Shown here piece after piece: positions 1 through 12,330 of a stretch of DNA of 64,000 nt (within the stretch, counting starts at the first letter, position 1; every line of letters begins with the position of its first letter). A model generated the notes under the pieces. That model worked only from the letters and a program-made list of their open reading frames with translations. It made no database searches and was not told the DNA's origin. Origin of the DNA: Octopus bimaculoides (Eukaryota); assembly GCF_001194135.2 (NCBI RefSeq), contig NC_068991.1:43179028-43243027 (forward strand), given 5' to 3'. Made by a program: the position numbers and the translations under genes.

Positions 1-44
1 CTATCTTTTTGGAAATATGATTTTTAAATGAGAAATGTTAATAA

Positions 45-915
45 CATATATCAGACTGCTCCTGTACAATGTTCATAGCCCAACCTCATTCTAAGGCCTC
101 AAAATATATCCTTGCAACATATCATGAAGCTTGCCAAATAAGATACCTCTTGGAAGATAATGCAGACTGGAACAGTATGTTGAAAGAGGTTGAAGTTCAC
201 ATTTTCTAAACAAGGTGAAGAACTTCATTGTTAACATTTTCTGTGCCAATTCACCATCTAATACTTAGCAACTCTAATGTAATCTCCAAGACCACACGAC
301 AGAAGACATACTGTATCATACAAAACAAAGCTCAGAAAACCCACATCAAGAGTTAACCTCTACCAAGTACAACCAGAGACTAAACCTCATTGAAAATACT
401 GTTCAGCCCATGGCTGACAAGATCTTGAACAGTGTCCCAGCTCCAGGATGAATTGCAGCTGCAACTCTCAGTCATGAGATTTTTCAGCTAACCAGCTATG
501 ACATTCAGCAAATGGAGCAAAATGTATGCCAAAATGAGTTACTCTTAGAGCCAGATACAAAAAAAAAAAGAGCTTAAAAAACATCAAACAACTGATGTCA
601 CCTGACTCCAGAGGAATAATTTTCCTTGATATTACTAGTGGAACAGGAAAAACTAATTTCAACAAAGTCTGTTCACTTGAGCAAATTTCTATGGAATTAG
701 ATTTATCTGAAATTGTTGTAACCATGCTCACAAGGAGTAGGACTTCTCATACTGCTTTTAAGCTGCCATTCAACCTTTCAAATAATGACAACCCAGTGTT
801 CAATATTTATAAAGGATCTGGACAGGATGAGGTTCTGAAGTAGACCAAACTGACAGCATAAAGAGTGTGCATAATGACACATAGACTTGCATTTGAGGTC
901 CTCTATCATACCTGA
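45..915 (+). mobile_element. Degenerate Helitron RepHel fragment (region upstream of the helicase plus PIF1 helicase motifs I-II)
   Basis: Broken frames read LLYNVHSPTSF*GLK, ATYHEACQIRYLLEDNADWNSMLKE, FLDITSGTGKT (Walker A, cf. FLDAPGGTGKT) and RTSHTAFKLPFNL...PVFNIYKGSGQDEVLK...THRLAFE. These are characteristic Helitron motifs, here with stops and frameshifts. Confidence 0.85.
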
Positions 916-1052
916 ATAAACTGAATAATTAAGTGGTTGAGGGTAAGTCCAGGAGTTGTTAATTCAATGCCTGAATAGTGGCAGGAGGGATCAGATGAGG
1001 GAATTTCCAATGAGAGAAGATCATGAAGTGATTAGAAATTAAAAATGGGGAC

Positions 1053-2586
1053 TTAAGGCTTATAGTATTTAAAGGTTTTAATCAGTTTACGCATACAAGT
1101 TGGTTTGAATTCTGATCTTTTATTAACTAGCTTGTCCTTTTCAGGGAATCTAATGATTTTCAATAGTTCTAAGGAACATAACTGGCAACCAGTTCTATTA
1201 TTTTTATAAATCGCTGCCGATCCAACTATGGACCACCTAAGGTTAAAGTTAATATTTTCGTCTTTAAGTTCCCATATTCTACGTGATAACGAAGTGCTAT
1301 TAGCCTAATGCTTAAGTCTAAATGATGACCTATGGTTATAGAACCTAGATTTCCAGGACGATGAGCAACCAAGGTAGGTGAGAGTATTTGCTTCCGTAAT
1401 TATTTCACAAAAGTAGACTATGTTTTTTGCTAGGCAGTTTCCAAGTAAAGGACATGTTGTTGTTACACAATTGCATCCAAATTTATAATTGCCAAGCCAT
1501 CTAATGCTTGCATGTGGAGGGAAACTGTTTATAGAATTGTTATCTTGATTACTTCTAGGGTAGTTAGAGTTTACACCTACACTGTCGTTACTATTATTGT
1601 TATTACCTCTATTGGAGTTGTTTCAAGTTTCACTACCTCTATTCTTTCTGCCGTTAATACTGGTGCTATATTTATTAGCCTTATCAACATTATTATTATT
1701 AATTATATTGGAATTGTGATGAGTATAATTATTGCCGTAATTACTGTTTGAGGTGGAACTGGTTATTCTATTAGTAGTAGCAGTATCGTTATTTAACGCG
1801 GAAGTACTATAGAGTGTGCCACTATTCTGTGTTGGGTCTAGGTTTAGTGATTCATCTAGTGTACTGTGATTCGATATTTGGATAGCGTTATTGGGCCTAA
1901 TAATGTTGTTGTCATTACAATTACTATTATTACTACCATTATCAACAACATTATTATTCTCAGGATTATTAATTTGGATACTATCATTATTAATTCCTGG
2001 ATTTTTGGGGTTAGACTGATTATTATTGTTTGTTCTTAATCTAGCTTTTTTTAATTTTGGTTTTATTATGTTTAGATATAAGGCATTTCATATTGGGGAG
2101 AGTCAAATATGAGATTCTAATAGTTTTAGTGGAAAGAATACTGCTATATTTATGAATGGGTGGAAAGTTATTGGATATAATTGAAAATATTTTCTTGCAT
2201 AATTTTCCTGTAACTGCTACATTATATGATATGTTATACCATATATAGTTGCGTAATTTACTGTTCTTATGTTTAGGAATTCTTTTATTGTTATTATTAC
2301 TCCTATCGTTATGGTTTTCTCTAACTGAACTATCATCGGTGTGATTTTTTTCTTTATGTTTTTTTAATCTAAAGTCTATTTGTATTTATGCTGGTTGTAT
2401 CTGTGCTTTCATTTTTGCTTTTATTAGACTTATTTACTATACCTCCGTTTAAACAATCAACTCTAGAATTACTAATTTGTTTAAATGACGGAGCTTTACT
2501 AATGATTGATGCTTTAGGTGGTTTACAATTTAAGTTTTTAACAAAAGAGATTTTTTGAGAGTACCCAGTGTTAGAGAGGGCTTGAT

Positions 2587-2590
<4 letters not shown>
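1053..2590 (-). mobile_element. Penelope-like element (Neptune-type): RT C-terminal region, long Asn-rich linker, zinc-knuckle-like CNC..CPL.G.CL motif and GIY-YIG endonuclease; 5'-truncated pseudo-ORF
   Basis: Minus-strand translation gives NQALSNTGY...RNYIWYNISYN...FPPIHKY...IRISYLTLPNMKCLISKHNK, then GCNCVTTTCPLLGNCLAKNIVY...TYLGCSSSWKSRFYNHRSSF...LSRRIWELK...WSIVGSAAIYK...CQLCSLELL...LVNKRSEFKPTC. A few stops and frameshifts are present. Confidence 0.9.

Positions 2591-2660
<70 letters not shown>
2588..2660. repeat. (TA)n(CA)n compound microsatellite at the truncation point of the Penelope-like element
   Basis: Directly visible. Confidence 0.95.
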
Positions 2661-2665
<5 letters not shown>

Positions 2666-2837
2666 GGATACAGATATTCTTTGCTCACTGTCACCAAGCA
2701 TCTCAATTCTTCAGCCGTAACTAGTTTGTGATCAAGGTTTTTTATTTTGCAAACTATTATTTTTTACTCGAATTTGTGATTTCAGAGAAAGGTAAGAAAT
2801 TCCTCACATTTTGCATTTTTGGTATTTTGACTTTGTA

Positions 2838-2964
2838 CAGGGTGTCCACAAAGTCTGGGTACATGGAGTAAATAAAATCATAACATAAACAATTAAATAT
2901 AAGAAATAATAATTTCTTAAAGTATGTGTTAATCCCCATGTACCCAGACTTTGAGGACACCCTG
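2838..2964. mobile_element. 127-bp Tc1/mariner-type MITE
   Basis: TIRs of about 29 bp, CAGGGTGTCC(A/T)CAAAGTCTGGGTACATGG, with one mismatch. TA on both flanks (2836-37 and 2965-66). Confidence 0.9.
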
Positions 2965-3059
2965 TAGTTTGAACTGTAGTATTGTCTAACCAATTGAAAT
3001 ATTGCAACAGCTAACAATAAAATATAGAATTTGGAAAAAGGCTTTTTAGACTGTTTTTA

Positions 3060-3365
3060 ATTCCTTTACTTGTTTCAGCCATTTGACTGCTGTCATGCTG
3101 GAGCCCCGCCTTTAGTTGAGAAAGAAAGAAGGAACAAACGAACAAACGAATGAACAAATGACTGAACGAATGAATGAACGAATGAACAAGCAAGCAAGCA
3201 TACATACGACAGGCTTCTTTCAGTTTCCGTCTACCAAATTCAATCACAAGGCTTTGGTTGGCCTGAGGCTATAGTAGAAGATACTCGCCCAAGGTACCAC
3301 ACAGTGGGACTGAACCTGGAAACCATGTGGTAAGTGAGCAAGCTACTTACCACACAGCCACTCTT
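3060..3365 (-). mobile_element. tRNA-derived SINE family A, internally deleted variant with tetranucleotide tract
   Basis: Head GTGGCTGTGTGGTAAG...GGTTCAGTCC (A/B-box-like) and the same 3' end as other family A copies. Confidence 0.85.
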
Positions 3366-4104
3366 GTTATTAAGTCTTTGAGAACATTCACGTCTATTTT
3401 TCAAAAATATATAATTTGAAAGTTTGCTTTTGTTTTGGACTGAAATTTTTTTGTATTCTAATTCGAACAAGTATTTTTTAAAGATTTTTTTTAAAGATTC
3501 TAACATAACTTGATTTGAAATGGATATTCGTGGATATTTCAAACGTAGTCATGAAAATGACACTGTTCTTTCTCAGGAAAGCTCTAAAACAAGAGATACA
3601 AAAAAATCAAACTAAGATCTTGTGTCTCCCTCAACTTCCATCATTTCTTATGAATCTGATGAATGTAATGAAAGCTTTCCTATACCAATTGATCATGAAA
3701 ATCACTGAAATAGGGTGAAAGGATTCTTTGGTAGTGAAATGTAAGCATCTACGGCGACTGTCTGGAAGATAAATTATTTGAAATGATACCTGAAAAAAAG
3801 TGCAATAAATGAACCGTCCCACTAAATGGAACAAGGGCAAAAATGGGTTTAATTGCATATTTTAAATTTATATTTCACTGCATGTTCTGTAGCTATACTT
3901 ACACCCACACATTACACTTGTATCTTGTATCTGTATCACCTGTATCTGTTTGTCATAACCAAATACATGCAGCCCCAAGATGCATATTTATACTTGTCGA
4001 TAAGGCCCTAAGTATTACATGCATATGTAACATTTGTAAATCTTGTATTAATCTTATACAATAAATTTCATGCTATTTTTACTGAGCACCTTGTATTTCA
4101 GATC

Positions 4105-5908
4105 TCAAGTGATGTTGTTCCGAAAGCATGAATCCAGTGCACAAAAGCGCAAAAAACGAGAGAAACTGGCAAACAATAGGAACCATATGGCTGGAATTAT
4201 GGACCAATTTATGCTACTATATACATCAGTGACATTACTATCATCAAATAGCAATGCACCACTGCCCGGAGTAGACAGGCAAGCAAATAACGATGGAAAC
4301 ACCAAGCAACAACAAATGCATGGATGCAATGAAAATTCACAGCAGGTTACTACATTTTCAGCAGTGGAGGGAAATGCAAAGGACCTATATGATGCATTCT
4401 GTCAACAACCTTTATCTATTGCTGAAAATATGGTTGTGCAACAAGAAGCAGTCACTATCACTACTGACCCTGCATCTTGGCCAGAAACTATATCTGATGG
4501 CATGCATATTGGCATTATGAAACTTGGAGCTGTTCAAATAAAAAAAATACAAGTTTCCTAAATCAAAAGGAAACTACAGATTCAATCCCGACTTCTATTC
4601 TAAGATGCTACCAAATGGCAAAACAATAGTTTGAACGTGGCTTGTATATTCAATTTAGCAGAATATAGTTTCTGTTGCAAGCTGTTTGGTCACAGTAAAA
4701 TGAGACTAACATCTGAAAGATTCAACAGTTGGCAATATTTGAGCAAAACCTTAAAAGAACATGAGAAATCAATGGCCCATAGACAGCACATGATGAAATG
4801 GAAGGAGCTTGAATTTTGCCTTAAAACAGCCTCAACTCTTGACAAACAGGCAATTGCAGAAAAGGAGAAAGCTCATTACCGCACAGTGTTAGAATGTATC
4901 TTGGCAATTGTTCTGTTTTTAGCAGAGAGGAATATGGTCTTTCGTGGTGTTTCCAATAGCTTCTACATCCATGGTAATGGAAATTTTTTAGGCGAAGTGC
5001 AGTTGCTTGCAAAGTTCAATCCCATTTTGGCAAAACACCAGCAGCATATTCAGAATGCAGAAACAGTGGCTTGTTATTTCGGACTTGATAGTCAAAACGA
5101 ATTGATATAACTCATTTCTGACCACATTTTGAAAGAAATCACCAATCACTCAAAGGTTGCTAAATACTACAGTATCATACTCGATTGCACACCAGATATC
5201 AGCCATCAGGAGCAAATGACCATGATCATCCATTTCCTCAAACTTCAAAAAGACAAAACTAAAATCAAAGAGTACTTTGTTGGGTTTTTGAAAGTTACTG
5301 ACACAAGTGGAGCCGGACTTTTTGAATCGCTCTTAGAGAAGCTCGCTTCATTGGGGCTGGATCTAATGGATTGTAGAGGCCAAAGTTATGATAATGGCAG
5401 TAATATGAAGGAAAAACATTCTGGAGTCCAGGCAAGATTTCTACAGAAGAATCTGCAAGCGTTCTATTTACCTTGCATGAATCAGTCTTAACTTTATTGT
5501 GTGTGATGCGGCAAGCTCATCAGTGACAGCTGTCTCTTTCTTTGGTTACTTCCAGCATGGATATTCATTTTTTGCAGCATCAACTTCTAGATAGAACACT
5601 TTGAAGGAATTCTTCTCCATCAATGTGAAATATCCATCTGACACTCGCTGAGAAAGCAAAATTGAAAGCATAAAATTCCTTCAATTCAAAACCAAGGGCA
5701 TTCATAGCGCATTTGATAAGCATTCATAATGCTTCAAAAGGTAAAGATTCCAAAGCTTACTCAGAAGCAAATGCATTAACTGCAGAAATTGCTTCCTTCC
5801 GCTTTCTTCTGTGTTTGGTAATATGGTACGATCAGCTAATTGACATCAATAAGGTCAGCAAGCTACTTCAGCATGAAAACATGCAAATTGACGTTGCCCA
5901 TTGCTTCC
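4105..5908 (+). mobile_element. hAT-superfamily transposase pseudogene (TTF zinc finger, DUF4371/ZMYM1-like)
   Basis: Consecutive broken ORFs read ESSAQKRKKR; FCCKLF...HEKSMAH; LAERNMVFRG...GNGNFLG; YYSIILDCTPDISHQEQM; CRGQSYDNGSNM...GVQARF; FLLCLVIWYDQL. Confidence 0.9.
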
Positions 5909-6225
5909 ACTAATTCAAAAATACATCAAACCTGGCTCAGTTATCTACAGTGATTCTTGGGTGGCTTACAAAGATATACACACACTGAGTTATTAGCATT
6001 ACATGATAAACCAGAAAGAAAATTTTGTTGACACCACACATGCACACATACACACACAGAAAACATCAAACATTTTTGATGAGATTTAAAAGAATGGGTG
6101 AAAAGGCCCGGTATTCATTCAAACTATTTACACCAAGTACTCATTTATTTCTTCTGTAGAAAACAAAAAAAACTGCTGCCCCAATTTTTTATTAAGGCAG
6201 CAAAATTATATACACTCCTCTCAGA
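5909..6225 (+). mobile_element. Merlin (IS1595/ISXO2-like) transposase C-terminal fragment
   Basis: IQKYIKPGSVIYSDSWVAYKDIHTLSY*HYMINQKENFVD...HTENI matches the Merlin pattern I.PGS.I.SD.W.AY...H..VNH..NFVD..TG.HTQ.IE. Confidence 0.75.
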
Positions 6226-6357
6226 TCGCCAATAAAGGATTGATTCCAGCACAAATCTGGAGACAGAAGATATACAGGACTGCCCTTTAACTGCATAAGG
6301 TAAGTTAAATACTTTTCAAATTTTAAATTTTAAAGGTCAGTTGGTTGATATGTTTCA

Positions 6358-7050
6358 NNNNNNNNNNNNNNNNNNNNNNNNNNNNNNNNNNNNNNNNNNN
6401 NNNNNNNNNNNNNNNNNNNNNNNNNNNNNNNNNNNNNNNNNNNNNNNNNNNNNNNNNNNNNNNNNNNNNNNNNNNNNNNNNNNNNNNNNNNNNNNNNNNN
6501 NNNNNNNNNNNNNNNNNNNNNNNNNNNNNNNNNNNNNNNNNNNNNNNNNNNNNNNNNNNNNNNNNNNNNNNNNNNNNNNNNNNNNNNNNNNNNNNNNNNN
6601 NNNNNNNNNNNNNNNNNNNNNNNNNNNNNNNNNNNNNNNNNNNNNNNNNNNNNNNNNNNNNNNNNNNNNNNNNNNNNNNNNNNNNNNNNNNNNNNNNNNN
6701 NNNNNNNNNNNNNNNNNNNNNNNNNNNNNNNNNNNNNNNNNNNNNNNNNNNNNNNNNNNNNNNNNNNNNNNNNNNNNNNNNNNNNNNNNNNNNNNNNNNN
6801 NNNNNNNNNNNNNNNNNNNNNNNNNNNNNNNNNNNNNNNNNNNNNNNNNNNNNNNNNNNNNNNNNNNNNNNNNNNNNNNNNNNNNNNNNNNNNNNNNNNN
6901 NNNNNNNNNNNNNNNNNNNNNNNNNNNNNNNNNNNNNNNNNNNNNNNNNNNNNNNNNNNNNNNNNNNNNNNNNNNNNNNNNNNNNNNNNNNNNNNNNNNN
7001 NNNNNNNNNNNNNNNNNNNNNNNNNNNNNNNNNNNNNNNNNNNNNNNNNN
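6358..7050. other. Assembly gap (N run)
   Basis: N run. It could hide EGLN1 exon 3. Confidence 1.
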
Positions 7051-7726
7051 TACAAGATCAACTAAGATGACTGCACCAAAAAAAAAATGCGAGAAAAATA
7101 TTATTTACTACTGAAATCGAGCTGGGTGTGGAACTAAAAAAATTACCTGAACTTCTTTGCATACAGTTGTTATTTTGAAATGCTAGTCTTCGGATAATTG
7201 CAAGTTCATTGAATAAATATTCAGCCCTATTAAGTGTTGGCCTTCCTAAACGTGAAATAATACAATAGTTCCAGCCCTAAATAAATTTAACTTGTACTTT
7301 TCAATATGTTCTTTAGGATAACGTGAAATATTGAACTTCAGATAGAATAAAGTAAAATATAACTATGAATAAAAAGTGTGTAGGTTATGAATTTTGATTG
7401 AAGAGATGGGGCCTCTAAAAGACATCTCAGAATATCACTAACAGCATCAGTGGAGTCACAGTCTTGCTCTCTAGTGATTTCTGACAAACTCAGTCAATTC
7501 ATTAAAAAGGCACCCCTGCTGATGATTTGAAAATATGCCTCGAAGAATTCTATAATCAAAGACAAGATGCAAAAACTTAATCAATCTGCCAACATGTGAG
7601 TTGTACTTAAAGAGGTCTCAGCAGCCCTGTTTACAAATTTTGAGGAAATCATCAACTAAGAGTAAAAATGTCAAAATATCAAAACCTTGTGGAGCAATCA
7701 CCAACACAACTCCTCACATCAGTCAC

Positions 7727-8170
7727 TCATAGATAGACATCATCATCATCGTTTAACATCCGTTTTCCATGCTGGCATGAGTTGGACGGTTTGACTGAGG
7801 TCTGGAGAGCCAGCAGCTGCACCAGACTCCAGATAAATAATCGTTCATAGAAATATATAAACCTGGAGATCCACGTTTCATGCTGGCATAGGTTGGACAG
7901 TTTAACAGGATTTGATGTGTCCAAAGACTGAATTATGTTCCAATGTTTGCTTTGGAATGGTTTCTAAGTTGGATGACCTTCCTAGCACCAACCAATTTAC
8001 AGCATTGACAGGGTACATTTTTTCATGTTACTTGCACTATTGATGTTGCTACACAGTTCATAGGATATAAACCCTGAAGTTGATGGTGATGGGGTCAGCT
8101 TCATGATAGGAGACAATGGGATTACTATATGAAAGGGAGAGCAGTGCAGGTTCTTGTAGAGGGATCTGCA
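7727..8170 (-). mobile_element. RTE LINE 3' UTR fragment with (GAT)n tail
   Basis: Reverse complement of the tail seen at 27570-27727 (GGAAGG..ATCCA.C...CATGCCAGCATGGAAAACGGA.GTTAAA.GATGATGAT). Confidence 0.8.
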
Positions 8171-8600
8171 TGGTTACTCACATCTAATAAGGGAAAGTTG
8201 GAGAGAGAAAGAAAAGAATGATGAGTAGGGGATGCAAGAGATAGATAATGGTAATAAGGGACCCAGGTGGCCTCACAAGGCACAAACTAAGTAGAGTGGG
8301 TGGTGGACAGTTTGCAACATTGTATAAGAAGGAAAATAATGGGATAAGGAGCAGACTACGAAAATGGGTAGAACTGAAGGGTGGATGAACAAAGAACAAT
8401 GAGCTGGGGAAAACAGGGATGTAGAAGAGAGAGTGGGGGTGGTTAGCAGCAGGAGTAGTAAGATGAAACAGTTTCCAGGGAGAAGGACAAGAGAGGAAGA
8501 TAACATAGTTGGGTAGTCTGGGAGAGGCAGACAATGCATGAGAAGGAGACAGTCATTGTAACATGGGTGGAGAGCACAAAATAAAGCACATCCACAACTC
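8170..8600 (-). mobile_element. Penelope-like element-derived pyrimidine-rich segment
   Basis: Composition and motifs similar to 52740-53320 and 12300-12560. No intact coding signature. Confidence 0.4.
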
Positions 8601-8900
8601 GGTTTTGCTAAATAGGACAAGTTTTTTGGAGAACCTCATATTGCCAGAAATCCCAGTTGTTGGTCACCTCTTCTGTCAAGCTTAGGGTTCTCAGGTCAAC
8701 CTTCACCACTTTATCCCATATCTGCCTGAGATTCCATCTTCTACAAGTTCCAACCACATAAATGATCAACACATCTTTATACAGTTGTCCTTATCCACAT
8801 GCATCTCATGTCCATACCAGTATAGTCTTCCTTCTTGAACACAACATCTGATTCCTCTTCTGCCCGGTTTTTCATTCACCACCTTTGCACTAATTCTTTC
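8600..8900 (-). mobile_element. RTE LINE ORF 3' fragment
   Basis: Homologous to 26800-27060 (RRLYWYGH..., GRPR..WD.VVK.DL). Confidence 0.75.
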
Positions 8901-8964
8901 ACACACACACTTGAGAGAGAACAAAAAAAATGAAGAGAGAAAAAAATATGTAGAGATTAACAGT

Positions 8965-9415
8965 TCAACATGATATATATCAAGAGGAGCCCATCTCTAA
9001 TTGTAAAGAGTAGACCCAGGAAGATGAGGGATGAGGTGGTGAAAAAGGATCTTCAGACATTGGGACTCAAAGAGGATGACAGAAGACCGAGACTCCTGGT
9101 GGTTTGAGAAAACACACCAAGCTAAGTAAAAGCATGGTTGTCCTTGCAGACAGGCCTGTCTCCTGCATCCCTCTCAAGCTGATCATTCCTAATCTTACAG
9201 GCTTGTGGGTGCCACATAAAAAGCATCCATGCTGGTGCTGCATAAATGCATCCAGTACACTCTGTAAAGTGGATGGCGTTAGGAAGGGCATCCAGCTGTA
9301 GAAACCATGCCAAAATAGACATGGAGCCTGGGCAGCTCTTCAACTCGCCAACTCCTATCAAGCTGTCTAACCCATGCCAGCATGGAAAATGGTCGTTAAA
9401 GGATGATGATGATAA
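8965..9415 (+). mobile_element. RTE LINE 3' end with (GAT)n tail
   Basis: AGACCCAGGAAGATGAGGGATGAGGTGGTG..., TGGCGTTAGGAAGGGCATCCAGCTGTAGAAAC, then the GATGATGAT tail. Confidence 0.85.
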
Positions 9416-9564
9416 TCACACACACACACACACACACACACACAACAGACTTCTTTCAGTATCTGTCAAGCAAATCCACTCACAAGGCTTTAGATACTTA
9501 CCCAAAAATTGCCAAACCACATGTTTGGAAAGTGAACTTCTTAACCACACAGCCATGCCTTTTA

Positions 9565-9756
<192 letters not shown>

Positions 9757-9924
9757 TTAAAATTTCCCAGTCTACCCATTTCAACTAGCCACATATTTCA
9801 AGATATCATTAATAAATAAAGCAAAGAAATATTGAAAAGTTAAACAAAATTTACAGAACTTCCTTTCAAATGGCTTGCATTTATTTTTAATCTGTATTAA
9901 TGTGTGGTGTATTTGTTTTGTTTT

Positions 9925-11160
9925 TGTTCTTTTATCTTTTACTTGTTTCAGTCACTAGACTGCAGCCATGCTTTGGGCATTGCCTTGAAGAATTTTTAGT
10001 CGAATGAATTGACTCCAGTATTTTTTAAGCCTGGTACTTCTTCTAGCAATCTCTTTTGCCAAACTGCTAAGTTGCAGAGACATAAACACACCAACACCAG
10101 TTGCCAAGCAACAGAGTGGGGAACAAACACAGACACACACAGATGTATATATATATATATATATATNNNNNNNNNNNNNNNNNNNNNNNNNNNNNNNNNN
10201 NNNNNNNNNNNNNNNNNNNNNNNNNNNNNNNNNNNNNNNNNNNNNNNNNNNNNNNNNNNNNNNNNNNNNNNNNNNNNNNNNNNNNNNNNNNNNNNNNNNN
10301 NNNNNNNNNNNNNNNNNNNNNNNNNNNNNNNNNNNNNNNNNNNNNNNNNNNNNNNNNNNNNNNNNNNNNNNNNNNNNNNNNNNNNNNNNNNNNNNNNNNN
10401 NNNNNNNNNNNNNNNNNNNNNNNNNNNNNNNNNNNNNNNNNNNNNNNNNNNNNNNNNNNNNNNNNNNNNNNNNNNNNNNNNNNNNNNNNNNNNNNNNNNN
10501 NNNNNNNNNNNNNNNNNNNNNNNNNNNNNNNNNNNNNNNNNNNNNNNNNNNNNNNNNNNNNNNNNNNNNNNNNNNNNNNNNNNNNNNNNNNNNNNNNNNN
10601 NNNNNNNNNNNNNNNNNNNNNNNNNNNNNNNNNNNNNNNNNNNNNNNNNNNNNNNNNNNNNNNNNNNNNNNNNNNNNNNNNNNNNNNNNNNNNNNNNNNN
10701 NNNNNNNNNNNNNNNNNNNNNNNNNNNNNNNNNNNNNNNNNNNNNNNNNNNNNNNNNNNNNNNNNNNNNNNNNNNNNNNNNNNNNNNNNNNNNNNNNNNN
10801 NNNNNNNNNNNNNNNNNNNNNNNNNNNNNNNNNNNNNNNNNNNNNNNNNNNNNNNNNNNNNNNNNNNNNNNNNNNNNNNNNNNNNNNNNNNNNNNNNNNN
10901 NNNNNNNNNNNNNNNNNNNNNNNNNNNNNNNNNNNNNNNNNNNNNNNNNNNNNNNNNNNNNNNNNNNNNNNNNNNNNNNNNNNNNNNNNNNNNNNNNNNN
11001 NNNNNNNNNNNNNNNNNNNNNNNNNNNNNNNNNNNNNNNNNNNNNNNNNNNNNNNNNNNNNNNNNNNNNNNNNNNNNNNNNNNNNNNNNNNNNNNNNNNN
11101 NNNNNNNNNNNNNNNNNNNNNNNNNNNNNNNNNNNNNNNNNNNNNNNNNNNNNNNNNNNN

Positions 11161-11212
<52 letters not shown>

Positions 11213-11370
11213 GATGGTCGTCTTTCAGCTTCCGTCTACCAAATCCACTCACAAGGTTTTGGTCTGCTTGAGGCTATAGTAGAACACATTTGCCCAAGGT
11301 GTCACACAGTGCGACTGAACCTGGAACCATGTGGTTGGGAAACAAACTTCTTACCATGCAGCCATACCAG
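9925..11370 (-). mobile_element. SINE family A copy spanning an assembly gap
   Basis: 3' half at 9925-10166 and 5' half at about 11210-11370, joined by (TA)n and the gap. Confidence 0.8.
10167..11160. other. Assembly gap inside a (TA)n tract
   Basis: N run flanked by (TA)n on both sides. Confidence 1.
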
Positions 11371-11797
11371 CGACTTGTTGAGTGTCTTATATATTTTCAC
11401 AGATTTTAGATATCTGCATGTGAATTGTTATAACAAGTGTGTCATAGATAGTTGAATATCACTTCTAGTACTAAGCACTCAATCACAAAGTAGAGATTGT
11501 CACCAATGCAAACATAGGTAATGGTTGTAGCAAGGTTTGGGTACTTGACAGCAAGATTAGTGGATTAACACACTGCAGAATAATGGTAAATGTTGCTTTT
11601 GCTGGTTCATGCATAAATATTACATTATACATTTTTTTTTTTTAAGTATATGAAAAGAAATGTTAAAACTAATTTTTAAAGACTCATAATCAAATTTAAC
11701 CCTTTAGCATTCAGACTTCTTTATCGAGCATATTGCTTATTTATTCATATTGTTTTGAATTAATTACACATTATCTTGTAACTTCAAGATTTCAAGT

Positions 11798-12330
11798 CAT
11801 CATCATTATCATCATCATCATCATCATCATTTAACGTCCACCTTCCATGTTGGCATGGGTTGGAGAGTTTGACAGGACCTGGCCAGGCAGGAGCCTGCAT
11901 CAGACTTCTGTATCTGTTTTCACATGGTTTTTACTGCCGGATACCCTTCCTAACACCAACCACCCAGCAGGGTGGACACACACAGTAGAGAAAATGATTA
12001 AAGTATCATCATGATTTAATGCCCACCTTCCATGCAGGCGTGCCAAAGGGCTGCACCAAGCTCCACTGTCAGCTTTGACATGGTTTTTACAGCCAGATGC
12101 CCTTCCTAATGCCAACCACTTTACAGAGTGGACTGGGTGCATTTTACATGGTACTAGCAAGGTCACCATATAACTGGCAAGATAAAGATTTCTCAACTGA
12201 GACAGGGAGTGATATTGAGGGAGGTGGCTTTGTACCATGTGAAAAGAAGTTAAACTACAATAGAGGAACAGAAACAAGTGTCTTGCCATAGAGGAGGTAC
12301 ATGGTTAATCCAGTTGGAGTGAGTGAGACA
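11798..12330 (-). mobile_element. RTE LINE 3' UTR fragment with (GAT)n tail and partial internal duplication
   Basis: (CAT)n at 11798-11830 followed by the reverse complement of the RTE tail, which appears twice. Confidence 0.8.

Noticed and set aside
7147-7245. 99-nt minus-strand segment with good acceptor and donor in EGLN1 intron 2
   Set aside because: It has no similarity to PHD2 exon 3. Its open frame is phase 1 whereas exon 2 ends in phase 0, where it contains a stop. It could only be a poison exon, and there is no evidence for that.
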